Source: Nitrospirota bacterium (GTDB taxonomy: Bacteria; Nitrospirota; UBA9217). Taken from it: a DNA stretch of 44,719 bases. The translations under genes and the position numbers were made by a program. The notes beneath the pieces are model-generated. The model was given only the letters and a program-made list of their open reading frames with translations, searched no databases and was not told the origin of the DNA. Below are positions 36,229 through 44,719 of this stretch, one piece after another (positions within the stretch are counted from its first letter, which is position 1; the number at the start of each line of letters is the position of its first letter). The stretch spans positions 1 through 44,719 of the forward strand of contig DASPSR010000066.1 of the NCBI GenBank assembly GCA_035623825.1. The letters run 5' to 3'.

Positions 36229-36588
36229 ATGGCAGAATTGACTATAGGGGTTTTCTCTTCTCTGGTCGGATCGATGTCGCTTGATTTCTCATTCAAGCTC
36301 GCGGACGCCGCGATCGCCAAGGGTCACAAGGTGAACATGTGGCTGTCCGGCAACGCCGTGATGATGGCCAAGAAAGGGCAGAAGGCGTTCAAAGACTACT
36401 CGCATAATGAAAAGAAAATGAAGGAGCTTATCGGGAAGGGCATGGAGATCACCGTGTGCGAGGCATGCGCCGAGGCCAGAGGGTACCACAAGGAAGACAC
36501 GCCGGAAGGCATGAAGCGGGCGAGCATGGACTGGTACCTGGCGAAGACCGTCAAGACCGACAGACTATTACACATTGGAGGTGAGTAA
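36229..36588 (+). CDS. dsrE: DsrE/TusD-like sulfurtransferase subunit
   Basis: AAIAKGHKVNMWLSGNAV and active-site region VCEACAEARG. Confidence 0.82.
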   Translation: MAELTIGVFSSLVGSMSLDFSFKLADAAIAKGHKVNMWLSGNAVMMAKKGQKAFKDYSHNEKKMKELIGKGMEITVCEACAEARGYHKEDTPEGMKRASMDWYLAKTVKTDRLLHIGGE

Positions 36589-37002
36589 ATGGGCGCCGTA
36601 AAATTGTTGTTCGTCGTGCAGAGACCGCCGTACAAGAACGAGAATCCCCGTCTTGCGCTCACTCACGCCATCGCGAGCCAGACCGCGGAGATCTACATGG
36701 ATGAAGGAGACTCCGTCGTCCCTACCGTTGTTTTTGTCGGTGACGGCGTACTGAACGTGATCAAGGGCCAGCAGGCCATGAAACTCTACGGCGTGACGAG
36801 CACCGAAAGCCACATCAAGAACAGTCTCCTCATCGACATGCCGATCTGGGTGTGCAAGGAAGACATGACTCGGCTGGGGCTCAAGGAAGATCAGATGATC
36901 ACCGATGCCGAGGAGTTGGGCGCCGAGCTGAAGACAAAGTTTGTGTCCTTCGCGGACATTCAGAAGGAGATGGATTCGGTCAAACACCTCTTGTTCTTTT
37001 GA
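36589..37002 (+). CDS. dsrF: DsrF/TusC-like subunit
   Basis: LFVVQRPPY, VFVGDGV and VCKEDMTRLGL. Abuts dsrE. Confidence 0.8.
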   Translation: MGAVKLLFVVQRPPYKNENPRLALTHAIASQTAEIYMDEGDSVVPTVVFVGDGVLNVIKGQQAMKLYGVTSTESHIKNSLLIDMPIWVCKEDMTRLGLKEDQMITDAEELGAELKTKFVSFADIQKEMDSVKHLLFF

Positions 37003-37069
37003 TCGCGAAGTCCCCGTTCCGATTCGTCACGCAGGGAAACGGGGCTTGGTTCTCGCGAAATATACCGAT

Positions 37070-37585
37070 ATGAGCCTTAAGGATGTCTTAAAAGAGAAGA
37101 AATCGAGGATCGTAAAAAAGTGGTTCGAAGCGGTTCTCGAGACCTATCATGAAAATGCGCGAGGCCCGCTGGGCAAGCGGGAAGCTCAGTTCACGAACCC
37201 CGTCGGCTATAACCTCTCGCAGGGCATCGAGGGCCTCTTCGACGCCACCCTGGAGGGCTTGATCCCGGACGACGTGTCACGGTTTCTCGATGACATGATC
37301 AGGATCCGGGCAGTCCAGGCTTTTACGCCGTCCCAGGCAGTAGCGTTCATCTTCGAGGCCAAGAGGATCGTGCGGAAAGAGCTGGCAAACGAGTTGCTCC
37401 ACGATCCGCGCATGCGGGAAGAACTGGAGGCCTGGGACTCCGCCGTCGATGACCTGGTATTGTTCTCCTTCGATATCTATATGCAATGTCGTGAGAAGAT
37501 TTACGACCTCAAGGCGAACGAAGCGAGAAACTTGACGTTCCGGCTCTTGCAGAAGGCGAAGCTGATCACGGAAGATCAGGAATAG
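37070..37585 (+). CDS. dsrT: DsrT (RsbRD N-terminal domain protein)
   Basis: Motifs FTNPVG, IRIRAVQAFTPSQA and FDIYMQCREKIY. Immediately upstream of dsrM. Start ATG 37070. Confidence 0.93.
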   Translation: MSLKDVLKEKKSRIVKKWFEAVLETYHENARGPLGKREAQFTNPVGYNLSQGIEGLFDATLEGLIPDDVSRFLDDMIRIRAVQAFTPSQAVAFIFEAKRIVRKELANELLHDPRMREELEAWDSAVDDLVLFSFDIYMQCREKIYDLKANEARNLTFRLLQKAKLITEDQE

Positions 37586-37641
37586 AATTAAGAGTTGAGA
37601 CAGCATCGCTGTTTATTCTATTAACGAAAAGAGGTAACGAT

Positions 37642-38637
37642 ATGAAAGCCTTAGTTTCCCTTATCGCGGTTCTCCTGCTCGTCCTGATTGCCTATGCAGG
37701 AGTGGCGGCGGCGAATCTGCGGTTCCTCTTTGGCGTCATCATCCCCTATGCAGCGTTCCTCATGTTCGTCGGCGGGATGATCGTCCGTGTTCTTAAATGG
37801 GGAAGTTCGCCGGTCCCGTTTCGCATCCCGACGACCTGCGGGCAGCAGAAGTCGCTTCCCTGGATCAAACACAGCAAACTGGAAAGTCCATCCGGCCTGT
37901 TGGGCGTGATCGGGAGGATGGCGCTGGAAGTGCTTGTCTTTCGCTCCCTTTTCAGAAACCTCAAGACGCAGCTCGGCGAGGACAGGCAGCTCGCCTACGG
38001 TGAAGCCAAGTGGCTCTGGCTGGCGGGCATGGCCTTCCATTGGTCATTCCTCATCATACTGTTCCGGCACATGCGATTCTTCATTGAGAACGTTCCGGCA
38101 GCGGTAAAGATCGCGGAGGGCCTCGACAGTTTCCTCCAGATCGGCGCTCCGCTCCTCTACATGACCGATGTGGTCCTCATCCTGGCTGTAACCTATCTCA
38201 TTATCCGGAGGATCGGCATCCCCCAGATGAGGTACATTTCGCTCATCTCCGACTACTTCCCGATCTTCCTGATACTGGGAATCGCGGTCTCGGGCGCTCT
38301 GATGCGCTACTTCTATAAGACAGACATTGTGAGCGTCAAGGTGCTCGCCATGAGCATCATCAGCTTGAAGCCTGCAGCGCCTGCCGAAAGTATCGGCGTG
38401 ATCTTTTATATCCACTTGTTCCTGCTCTCCACCCTGTTTGCCTACTTCCCCATGAGCAAGCTTGTACACCTGGGCGGCGTGTTCATGAGCCCCACGAGAA
38501 ACCTTGCGAACAACAGCCGCATGAAGAGGCATGTCAACCCCTGGAACTATCCGGTCCACGTCCACACCTACGAGGAGTACGAGAACGATTTCAGAAATAA
38601 GATGAAAGAAGCCGGGATCCCGGTAGAAAAGGAGTAG
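37642..38637 (+). CDS. dsrM: DsrM, membrane cytochrome b (NarI-like)
   Basis: PFRIPTTCGQQKSL, heme His motifs FHW...RH and IHLFL...SKLVH, and SPTRN. Confidence 0.97.
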   Translation: MKALVSLIAVLLLVLIAYAGVAAANLRFLFGVIIPYAAFLMFVGGMIVRVLKWGSSPVPFRIPTTCGQQKSLPWIKHSKLESPSGLLGVIGRMALEVLVFRSLFRNLKTQLGEDRQLAYGEAKWLWLAGMAFHWSFLIILFRHMRFFIENVPAAVKIAEGLDSFLQIGAPLLYMTDVVLILAVTYLIIRRIGIPQMRYISLISDYFPIFLILGIAVSGALMRYFYKTDIVSVKVLAMSIISLKPAAPAESIGVIFYIHLFLLSTLFAYFPMSKLVHLGGVFMSPTRNLANNSRMKRHVNPWNYPVHVHTYEEYENDFRNKMKEAGIPVEKE

Positions 38638-38639
38638 AC

Positions 38640-40265
38640 ATGGCTAAACTTCCGAAACCAGAAGAACTGTCGAAGATAGATTATGCGCCGCCGAAGTCGG
38701 GGTGGATGGATAATCCCGTAGTATTCAAAGAGGGCATGTTCTGCCATGGATCGAAGCCGAAGAGCCTCGACATCGTCGGATTCCCCAATCCCCGCGATTG
38801 GAGACCCGCCGATGCCGACTGGAAGCTGCCCGAGAATTGGAAGGAGATCATTCTCGAGGGGATCGCGGACCGGCTCAAGAAATACCGGTCGTTCAGGCTC
38901 TTCATGGACATATGCGTCCGGTGCGGCGCCTGCGCGGACAAGTGCCACTTCTTCATCGGCACCGGCGATCCCAAGAACATGCCGGTACTGCGCGCTGAGC
39001 TCATCCGCTCGGTCTACCGGAAAGAGTTCACCGCGGCCGGGAAGATCCTGGGCAAGATGGCCGGCGCCCGCGATCTCACACTCGACGTGCTGAAGGAATG
39101 GTGGTACTACTTCTACCAGTGCACCGAGTGCCGCCGCTGCTCGGTCTTTTGCCCCTACGGTATCGACCAGGCCGAGATCACGATCATCGGACGGGAGCTT
39201 CTCAACCTCCTGGGCCTGAACATCGAGTGGATCGCCGGTCCGGCTGCGAACTGCTATATGAAGGGCAACCACCTCGGTCTCGAACCCCACACGATCGTTG
39301 GGAACCTCGACTATATGCTTGACGATATTGAGACCGTGACCGGCAAAAAGATTAAGCCGACCTTCAACCGGAAGGGAGCGGAGATCCTGTTCGTGACGCC
39401 GTCAGGCGACCTCTTCGCCGATCCGGGCACGTACACGGCCATGGGGTACCTCATGCTCTTCGAAGAGCTCGGGCTCGACTATACATGGAGCACATACGCC
39501 TCCGAGGGCGGCAATTTCGGTTTCTTTACCTCGAATGAGCTGGCAAAGCGGCTCAACTCGAAGATCTATGCCGAAGCCAAGCGGCTTGGGGTGAAATACG
39601 TCATCGGCGGAGAGTGCGGCCATATGTGGAGGGTCCTCCACCAGTACATGGACACCTGGAACGGGCCGGCTGATTTCCTCGAGGTCCCCAAATCCCCGAT
39701 CACGGGGACGGTATTCGAGAACGCGAGATCGACAAAGATGATCCACGTTGTTGAGTTCACCGCCGACCTGATCAAGAACGGCAAGCTCAAGCTCGACCCG
39801 AGTAGGAACGACGACCTCGTCGTCACGTGGCACGATTCCTGTAACACGTCGCGAGGCATGGGCTTCCTGGAAGAACCGCGTTACGTTCTTCGCCATGTAG
39901 TCAATAACTTCGTTGAAATGCCCGAAGACACCATCCGCGAGAAGACCTTCTGCTGCGGAAGCGGGTCCGGGCTTAATGCCTCAGAGGACATGGACCTGCG
40001 CATGAAGGGAGGGTTCCCCCGGGCAAACGCAGTCAAATTCGTGCACGATCATCACGGAGTGAACATGCTCGCCAATATCTGCGCTATCGACCGGGCGACG
40101 CTCAAACCGCTCATGGACTACTGGGTTCCGGGGGTGAACGTCACCGGACTGCATGAGCTAGTGGCCAACGCGCTGATCATGAAGGGCGAGAAGGAGAGGA
40201 CGACCAACCTGCGCGGGGAGCCCCTTCCTGCAAAAGCTCAGAAGAAGGAGGAAAAAGCCCAATGA
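38640..40265 (+). CDS. dsrK: DsrK, HdrD-like Fe-S/CCG protein
   Basis: Motifs CVRCGACADKC, CTECRRCSVFCP, GECGH, HDSC, CCG and CAID. Confidence 0.98.
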   Translation: MAKLPKPEELSKIDYAPPKSGWMDNPVVFKEGMFCHGSKPKSLDIVGFPNPRDWRPADADWKLPENWKEIILEGIADRLKKYRSFRLFMDICVRCGACADKCHFFIGTGDPKNMPVLRAELIRSVYRKEFTAAGKILGKMAGARDLTLDVLKEWWYYFYQCTECRRCSVFCPYGIDQAEITIIGRELLNLLGLNIEWIAGPAANCYMKGNHLGLEPHTIVGNLDYMLDDIETVTGKKIKPTFNRKGAEILFVTPSGDLFADPGTYTAMGYLMLFEELGLDYTWSTYASEGGNFGFFTSNELAKRLNSKIYAEAKRLGVKYVIGGECGHMWRVLHQYMDTWNGPADFLEVPKSPITGTVFENARSTKMIHVVEFTADLIKNGKLKLDPSRNDDLVVTWHDSCNTSRGMGFLEEPRYVLRHVVNNFVEMPEDTIREKTFCCGSGSGLNASEDMDLRMKGGFPRANAVKFVHDHHGVNMLANICAIDRATLKPLMDYWVPGVNVTGLHELVANALIMKGEKERTTNLRGEPLPAKAQKKEEKAQ

Positions 40266-40690
40266 AACTCTATGACGGCGGGAAAATAATTATCGGCCTC
40301 CTCATATTCGTCGGCATCGCAACCTTTCCTTTCTACTACAACATCGGAAAGGTGAACGCCAAGCCGGAGCCGAAGGTGGACACACCAGCGATCCAGGAGT
40401 GGGAAAAGCAGTACGGCAAGAAGGAGTGCGTCGAGCCGAAGGAATTCATGCGTACCGACCATATGCAGCTCGTCAACCTCTGGCGCGACTCCGTGGTCCG
40501 CAGCATGAACCGTGAGTACATCAGCACCGCGAGTCACAAGAAGTTCAATATGAGCCTCCAGAACGGATGCATGCACTGCCATTCGAATAAGAAGAAGTTC
40601 TGCGATGAATGTCACAATTACATGGCGGTCAAGCCGTTCTGTTGGGACTGCCATATCCAGCCGCAGGAAAAGGAGGAGAGTAAATCATGA
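40262..40690 (+). CDS. dsrJ: DsrJ triheme cytochrome c
   Basis: N-terminal anchor, CV...MRTDHM, and three CxxCH motifs (CMHCH, CDECH, CWDCH). Confidence 0.96.
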   Translation: MKLYDGGKIIIGLLIFVGIATFPFYYNIGKVNAKPEPKVDTPAIQEWEKQYGKKECVEPKEFMRTDHMQLVNLWRDSVVRSMNREYISTASHKKFNMSLQNGCMHCHSNKKKFCDECHNYMAVKPFCWDCHIQPQEKEESKS

Positions 40691-41517
40691 GCATGGATAG
40701 GAGACAGTTTCTCAAAATCGCCGGCATCTCCTCCATCCTGGGGCTTGGTGCTTCCGTCGCGAACGCCACGCACCCGATCTGGGTCAAGGGACTGGATCCC
40801 TCCCAGGTGGAGCCGAACAAGGACGCCTTAAACGCGAAGAAATGGGCCATGGTCGTGGACATGAGCAAGTTCAAGACGGATGAAGATTTCAAGAAGACGA
40901 TCAAGGCGTGCCATCTGACGCATAACGTGCCGGACTTCCGGAACCCCGACGGAACCGTCAATAAGAAATTCGAGGTCAAATGGATCTGGCAGACGTCCTA
41001 TGAGCGAGCGTTCCCGGGGCAGGAAAACCGGTATATGGAAGAGCACCTCAAGGACATGCCCTTCCTCGTTCTGTGCAATCACTGCGAAAATCCTCCATGC
41101 GTGCGGGTCTGCCCAACCAAGGCCACCTTCAAGCTTCCGAACGGCATCACTATGCAGGACATGCACCGCTGCATCGGATGCCGGTTCTGCATGGCCGCCT
41201 GTCCCTACGGCGCCCGGAGCTTTAACTGGATCGACCCGCGGAAGGCCGTTAATCCTGAAACGGAGAACAAGGAGTACCCGACGAGGACCATAGGTGTCGT
41301 GGAGAAGTGCACGTTCTGCACGGAACGGCTCCAGTCCGGGAAGATGCCTGCCTGCGTGGAGGCCGCGCCCAAGGGAGGCCTGACCTTCGGGGATGTCGAA
41401 GATCCCAATTCCGAAGTCAGGAAGATCGTTACAACCAAGCTTACCATCAGGCGTAAGCCCGAGCTTGGCACGGGACCGCAAATTTACTATCTTATAGGAG
41501 GGGGCGACCATGCTTGA
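40687..41517 (+). CDS. dsrO: DsrO, Tat-exported Fe-S protein (NrfC-like)
   Basis: Tat signal DRRQFLK. Motifs CNHCENPPCVRVCP, CIGCRFCMAACP and KCTFC. Confidence 0.96.
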   Translation: MSMDRRQFLKIAGISSILGLGASVANATHPIWVKGLDPSQVEPNKDALNAKKWAMVVDMSKFKTDEDFKKTIKACHLTHNVPDFRNPDGTVNKKFEVKWIWQTSYERAFPGQENRYMEEHLKDMPFLVLCNHCENPPCVRVCPTKATFKLPNGITMQDMHRCIGCRFCMAACPYGARSFNWIDPRKAVNPETENKEYPTRTIGVVEKCTFCTERLQSGKMPACVEAAPKGGLTFGDVEDPNSEVRKIVTTKLTIRRKPELGTGPQIYYLIGGGDHA

Positions 41518-42682
41518 GAAAGCATTTGAGGGAGGGAGAAAATACTGGATATGGATACTCTTTCTCGGCGCTGTGGCGCTGGTAGGCGTCTACTACTACC
41601 TCCAGCAGTTCACATACGGATTGGGCATCACTGGCATGCACCGGGACGTATCGTGGGGCCTGTATATCGGCCAGTTCACGTTCCTGGTCGGCGTGGCGGC
41701 ATCGGCGGTAATGCTTGTGATCCCTTTCTATCTGCATGATTACAAGACGTTCAGCAAGATCGTGATCCTGGGTGAGTTCCTCGCGATTTCGGCTGTTACA
41801 ATGTGTATCCTGTTCATCATGGCGGACATGGGCCAGCCGATGAGGGTCATGAACGTAGTGCTGCACCCCACGCCGAATTCCGTCATGTTCTGGGATTTCC
41901 TCGTGTTGTCGGGCTATCTGGTCCTGAACGTGCTGATCGGCTGGGTGACCCTGGGCTCGGACAAGAAGGGGGTTCCGCCGCCGAAATGGATTAAGCCCCT
42001 CATCTATCTGTCCATCCCCTGGGCTTTCAGCATCCATACGGTGACCGCGTTCCTCTATGCCGGTCTTCCCGGACGTCATTTCTGGCTCAGCGCCATCATG
42101 GCGGCCCGCTTCCTGGCTTCGGCGTTCGCCGGGGGTCCGGCGCTGCTGATTATTCTTTCCATGATCGTGCGGAATATAAGCAAGTTCGATCCCGGCAAGG
42201 AGGCCATCCAGGCTGTCGGAAAGATCGTGGCCTATGCCATGTTTGCCAACATCTTCTTCCTGGGGTTGGAGTTCTTCACGGCCTTTTACAGCAGCATTCC
42301 GGGCCATACCTCGCCGTTTAAGTATCTTTACATGGGGCTTGAGGGACACAGCGAACTTGTGCCGCTCATGTGGACATCTACCGTTCTTGCTGCTGTCTCG
42401 CTCCTCTTTCTCATCTTCCCGGCTACCCGGAAGAATGAAAAGTCACTTGTCATCGCTTGTGTCATGCTTTTCATTTCCCTGTGGATCGACAAGGGATTCG
42501 GCCTGATCGTCGGGGGTTTTGTGCCCAACCCCTTCGAAGAGGTGCACACGTACTGGCCAACCATGCCGGAGGCCCTCATCACTGTCGGCGTCTGGTCAAT
42601 TGGATTTCTGATCCTCTCCATGCTCTACAAGATCGCAGTATCCGTCAGGGAGCAGACAGCGGGGGTAGAGATCGAGCATTAA
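41510..42682 (+). CDS. dsrP: DsrP, NrfD/PsrC-family membrane protein
   Basis: DVSWGLYIGQFTFLVGVAASA, ADMGQP and SIHTVTAF, with many TM helices. Confidence 0.97.
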   Translation: MLEKAFEGGRKYWIWILFLGAVALVGVYYYLQQFTYGLGITGMHRDVSWGLYIGQFTFLVGVAASAVMLVIPFYLHDYKTFSKIVILGEFLAISAVTMCILFIMADMGQPMRVMNVVLHPTPNSVMFWDFLVLSGYLVLNVLIGWVTLGSDKKGVPPPKWIKPLIYLSIPWAFSIHTVTAFLYAGLPGRHFWLSAIMAARFLASAFAGGPALLIILSMIVRNISKFDPGKEAIQAVGKIVAYAMFANIFFLGLEFFTAFYSSIPGHTSPFKYLYMGLEGHSELVPLMWTSTVLAAVSLLFLIFPATRKNEKSLVIACVMLFISLWIDKGFGLIVGGFVPNPFEEVHTYWPTMPEALITVGVWSIGFLILSMLYKIAVSVREQTAGVEIEH

Positions 42683-42710
42683 GCGATAGACGGACAATCC
42701 GTAATCACGC

Positions 42711-42742
42711 AGGGCCCATTCCGAACGGATGGGCCCTTTTTT
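42711..42742 (+). terminator. Intrinsic terminator after dsrP
   Basis: AGGGCCCAT...ATGGGCCCT-TTTTT. Confidence 0.85.
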
Positions 42743-42757
42743 GTTTAAATTTATCTC

Positions 42758-42786
42758 TTGATTTTATTTGACCGGACTGCTACTAT
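42758..42786 (+). promoter_or_regulatory. Sigma-70 promoter of ferredoxin 2
   Basis: TTGATT-N17-TACTAT with an extended TG. Confidence 0.6.
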
Positions 42787-42834
42787 GTCTTGCTTTTTTA
42801 AACACTACTTTATACAGAGGAGGAAACGGGGCTC

Positions 42835-43020
42835 ATGTACATGGTGACAATCGACAAGGGCAAATGCGACGGAGACGGGACCTGCGTGAATATGTGTCCG
42901 CAGTCCGTATTTAAGGTGGACGGGGGAAAGGCCGATCCGGTGAACATGTCCGAGTGTATCAATTGCCTGACCTGCGTTGAGAACTGCCCGCAGCAGGCTA
43001 TAACTGTAAACGAACTATAA
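42835..43020 (+). CDS. Dicluster ferredoxin with CxxDxxC first site (copy 2)
   Basis: CDGDGTCVNMCP and CINCLTCVENCP. SD GAGGAGG. Confidence 0.95.
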   Translation: MYMVTIDKGKCDGDGTCVNMCPQSVFKVDGGKADPVNMSECINCLTCVENCPQQAITVNEL

Positions 43021-43042
43021 AAGAAACGTCAGCTCATGGAAG

Positions 43043-43077
43043 AGGGGATAGGTGCACAACCTATCCCCTTTCTTTTT
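43043..43077 (+). terminator. Intrinsic terminator after ferredoxin 2, between convergent genes
   Basis: AGGGGATAGGT-GCACA-ACCTATCCCCT-TTCTTTTT. Confidence 0.85.
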
Positions 43078-43131
43078 GTCCGGACGATTTCATAGGGAAC
43101 CCGTAATTGCACGCCTTCAGGTGCCTCGCTG

Positions 43132-43905
43132 TTAGCCCTTCCTTTCCATGAACTTCTGGAACGTCGTAAGGAGATCGATTGGCAGCGGGAAAACGATAGT
43201 AGTATTTTTTTCTGTGCCGATTTCCGTAAGGGTCTGGAGATATCTAAGCTGGAGCGCCATGGGGTTCTGGCTGATGACGCCGGCAGCCTCGGAAAGCTTG
43301 GCCGAGGCCTGCAGTTCCCCCTCCGCATGGATGATCTTGGCCCGTCGTTCCCTCTCTGCCTGGGCCTGAATGGCGATAGCGCGTTGCATTTCCGCAGGGA
43401 GGTCCACGTTTCTTACTTCGACGGTGGTAACCTTCACGCCCCAGGGTTCGGTCTGCAGATCGATGACCTTCTGGAGCTCAGCGTTTATGGCCTCCCGGTT
43501 GGAGAGCAGATCGTCGAACATGTTCTGACCGAGGATGCTCCTGAGCGTGGTCTGGGAGATGAGCGACGTGGCATAGTAGAAATCCTCGACCTCGACAATG
43601 GCCTTGCGCGGATCGATCACCCGGAAATAGACTACGGCATTTACCTTCACGGTCACGTTGTCCTTCGTGATCACGTCCTGTGACGGAACGTCCATGGTGA
43701 CCGTACGAAGGCTCACACGCACCATCTTCTGTATCCCGGGGATCAGAAGGATGAGTCCCGGCCCCTTTACCCCGTGCTCGACACTCACCTTCCCGAGGGT
43801 GAAGATGACCCCCCGTTCATACTGCCTGAGTATCTTGATTGTGTTGAAGAGAAACCAGACGATGATAATCACTGCAACCAGCAAACCGAGTCCTATTGCC
43901 TGCAT
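43132..43905 (-). CDS. SPFH/stomatin-like (slipin) protein
   Basis: Motifs [22 protein letters not shown] and [10 protein letters not shown]. Start at ATG 43905, behind GGAGGAGG. Confidence 0.95.
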   Translation of the reverse strand: MQAIGLGLLVAVIIIVWFLFNTIKILRQYERGVIFTLGKVSVEHGVKGPGLILLIPGIQKMVRVSLRTVTMDVPSQDVITKDNVTVKVNAVVYFRVIDPRKAIVEVEDFYYATSLISQTTLRSILGQNMFDDLLSNREAINAELQKVIDLQTEPWGVKVTTVEVRNVDLPAEMQRAIAIQAQAERERRAKIIHAEGELQASAKLSEAAGVISQNPMALQLRYLQTLTEIGTEKNTTIVFPLPIDLLTTFQKFMERKG

Positions 43906-44070
43906 AGGTTGACCTCCTCCCTGGATTTCGATGTACTGCATAAGCCCAACGTGGGAAAACCCCGTTCAGTGCGGAACAAGGCCGGGACCATCTGATTCCG
44001 GGTTTTTCTCGGCCATTTTGAAAAAAATTGACTTGTGGCCCCTTAAAATTATCTCGTAAGAGACAGTCTT

Positions 44071-44719
44071 CTAAGATGCCTTTTTTACCTTAAGCTTGAG
44101 CCCCTCGACGGCCTCTACCTTCACCCGTTCACCCTTCTGAATAGGCGAGTCGCTCCAAGCATTCCAGTACTCCCCGCGCACGAAGACCTGGCCGCTCCCG
44201 TGGACGTCGGTCTTTGCTTCGCCCTGAAGCCCGATCATCCCTTCCTTGCCGGTATCGGCCTTTTCGCGATGTACGCGCACCGCCAGGGATACGGTGATGA
44301 TGAAGAGGAGCGCGGAGAGCGCGACGACCGGCACGATTACCGCCCAGGAGATCCGGAGGTAGGGTGACGGCGATTCGATGAGCATGACTGAGCCGATGGC
44401 CATAGCAATAGCACCGCCGACGCCGAGAACCCCGTGGCTCGTGATGAAGGCTTCAGCGATGAAGAGCCCGACGCCGAGAATGATAAGCATAAGCCCTGCG
44501 TAATTGATCGGCAGCGTGTGGAGCGCGTAAAAGGCGAGGATCAGGCTGATGGCCCCGGCCACGCCGGGGAACACGGCGCCTGGATTTGCGAGCTCAAAGT
44601 AAAGGCCATAGAAGCCGAGGATCATAAGGATGTAGGCAATATTTGGGTTGCTGATGATCTCGAGGATCCGGTAACGGAATCCCATGGTTATTTCTTTCAC
44701 CTGCGCAGCCTCGGTTTTT
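44071..44719 (-). CDS. nfeD: NfeD-family membrane protein, C-terminal part (5' end outside the window)
   Basis: NPNIAYILM, ELANPG and OB-fold GQVFVRGEYWNA. Canonical neighbour of stomatin. Confidence 0.93.
   Translation of the reverse strand, partial: KTEAAQVKEITMGFRYRILEIISNPNIAYILMILGFYGLYFELANPGAVFPGVAGAISLILAFYALHTLPINYAGLMLIILGVGLFIAEAFITSHGVLGVGGAIAMAIGSVMLIESPSPYLRISWAVIVPVVALSALLFIITVSLAVRVHREKADTGKEGMIGLQGEAKTDVHGSGQVFVRGEYWNAWSDSPIQKGERVKVEAVEGLKLKVKKAS

Noticed and set aside
36941-37069. N-terminal extension of dsrT in the ORF track
   Set aside because: It overlaps dsrF and an intergenic hairpin. DsrT-like sequence begins at ATG 37070.

Overview
Core chromosomal window, GC-rich in coding regions, from a diderm anaerobic sulfur-cycling bacterium. 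Gene content suggests Nitrospirota or Desulfobacterota; this is inference and has not been tested. From 5' to 3' it contains: the end of the alpha ribosomal operon (rpsD partial, rpoA, rplQ); a heme-c sensor kinase-like protein whose phosphoacceptor His is replaced by Tyr, followed by a REC-GAF-HD-GYP protein; two outer-membrane beta-barrels; a multi-PAS hybrid kinase; fchA-folD; several small proteins, including an exported one ending in Gly-Cys; rlpA, pepA, a LysR regulator and a kinase/methyltransferase pair; uvrB and uvrC split by two envelope genes; an IMPase/FBPase, a solo extended mglA, ispD, ispF, a DUF4124-like protein, cysE and osmC. It then carries a ~12.6 kb dissimilatory sulfite reductase cluster: dsrA-B-D-N-(Zn-ribbon)-C-fdx1-dsrH-E-F-T-M-K-J-O-P-fdx2. 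A stomatin/NfeD pair ends the window. The best candidates for new biology are: (i) a dsrD-containing cluster with an embedded, reordered dsrHEF sulfur relay bracketed by two paralogous CxxDxxC ferredoxins, with a sigma-54-like promoter upstream; (ii) a DivL-like heme-c pseudokinase coupled to a c-di-GMP phosphodiesterase; (iii) a periplasmic protein with a C-terminal Gly-Cys arm (possibly Gly-Cys-Sec) behind an ECF-type promoter motif that recurs elsewhere in the window. No rRNA, tRNA, CRISPR array, transposase or integrase was recognised.
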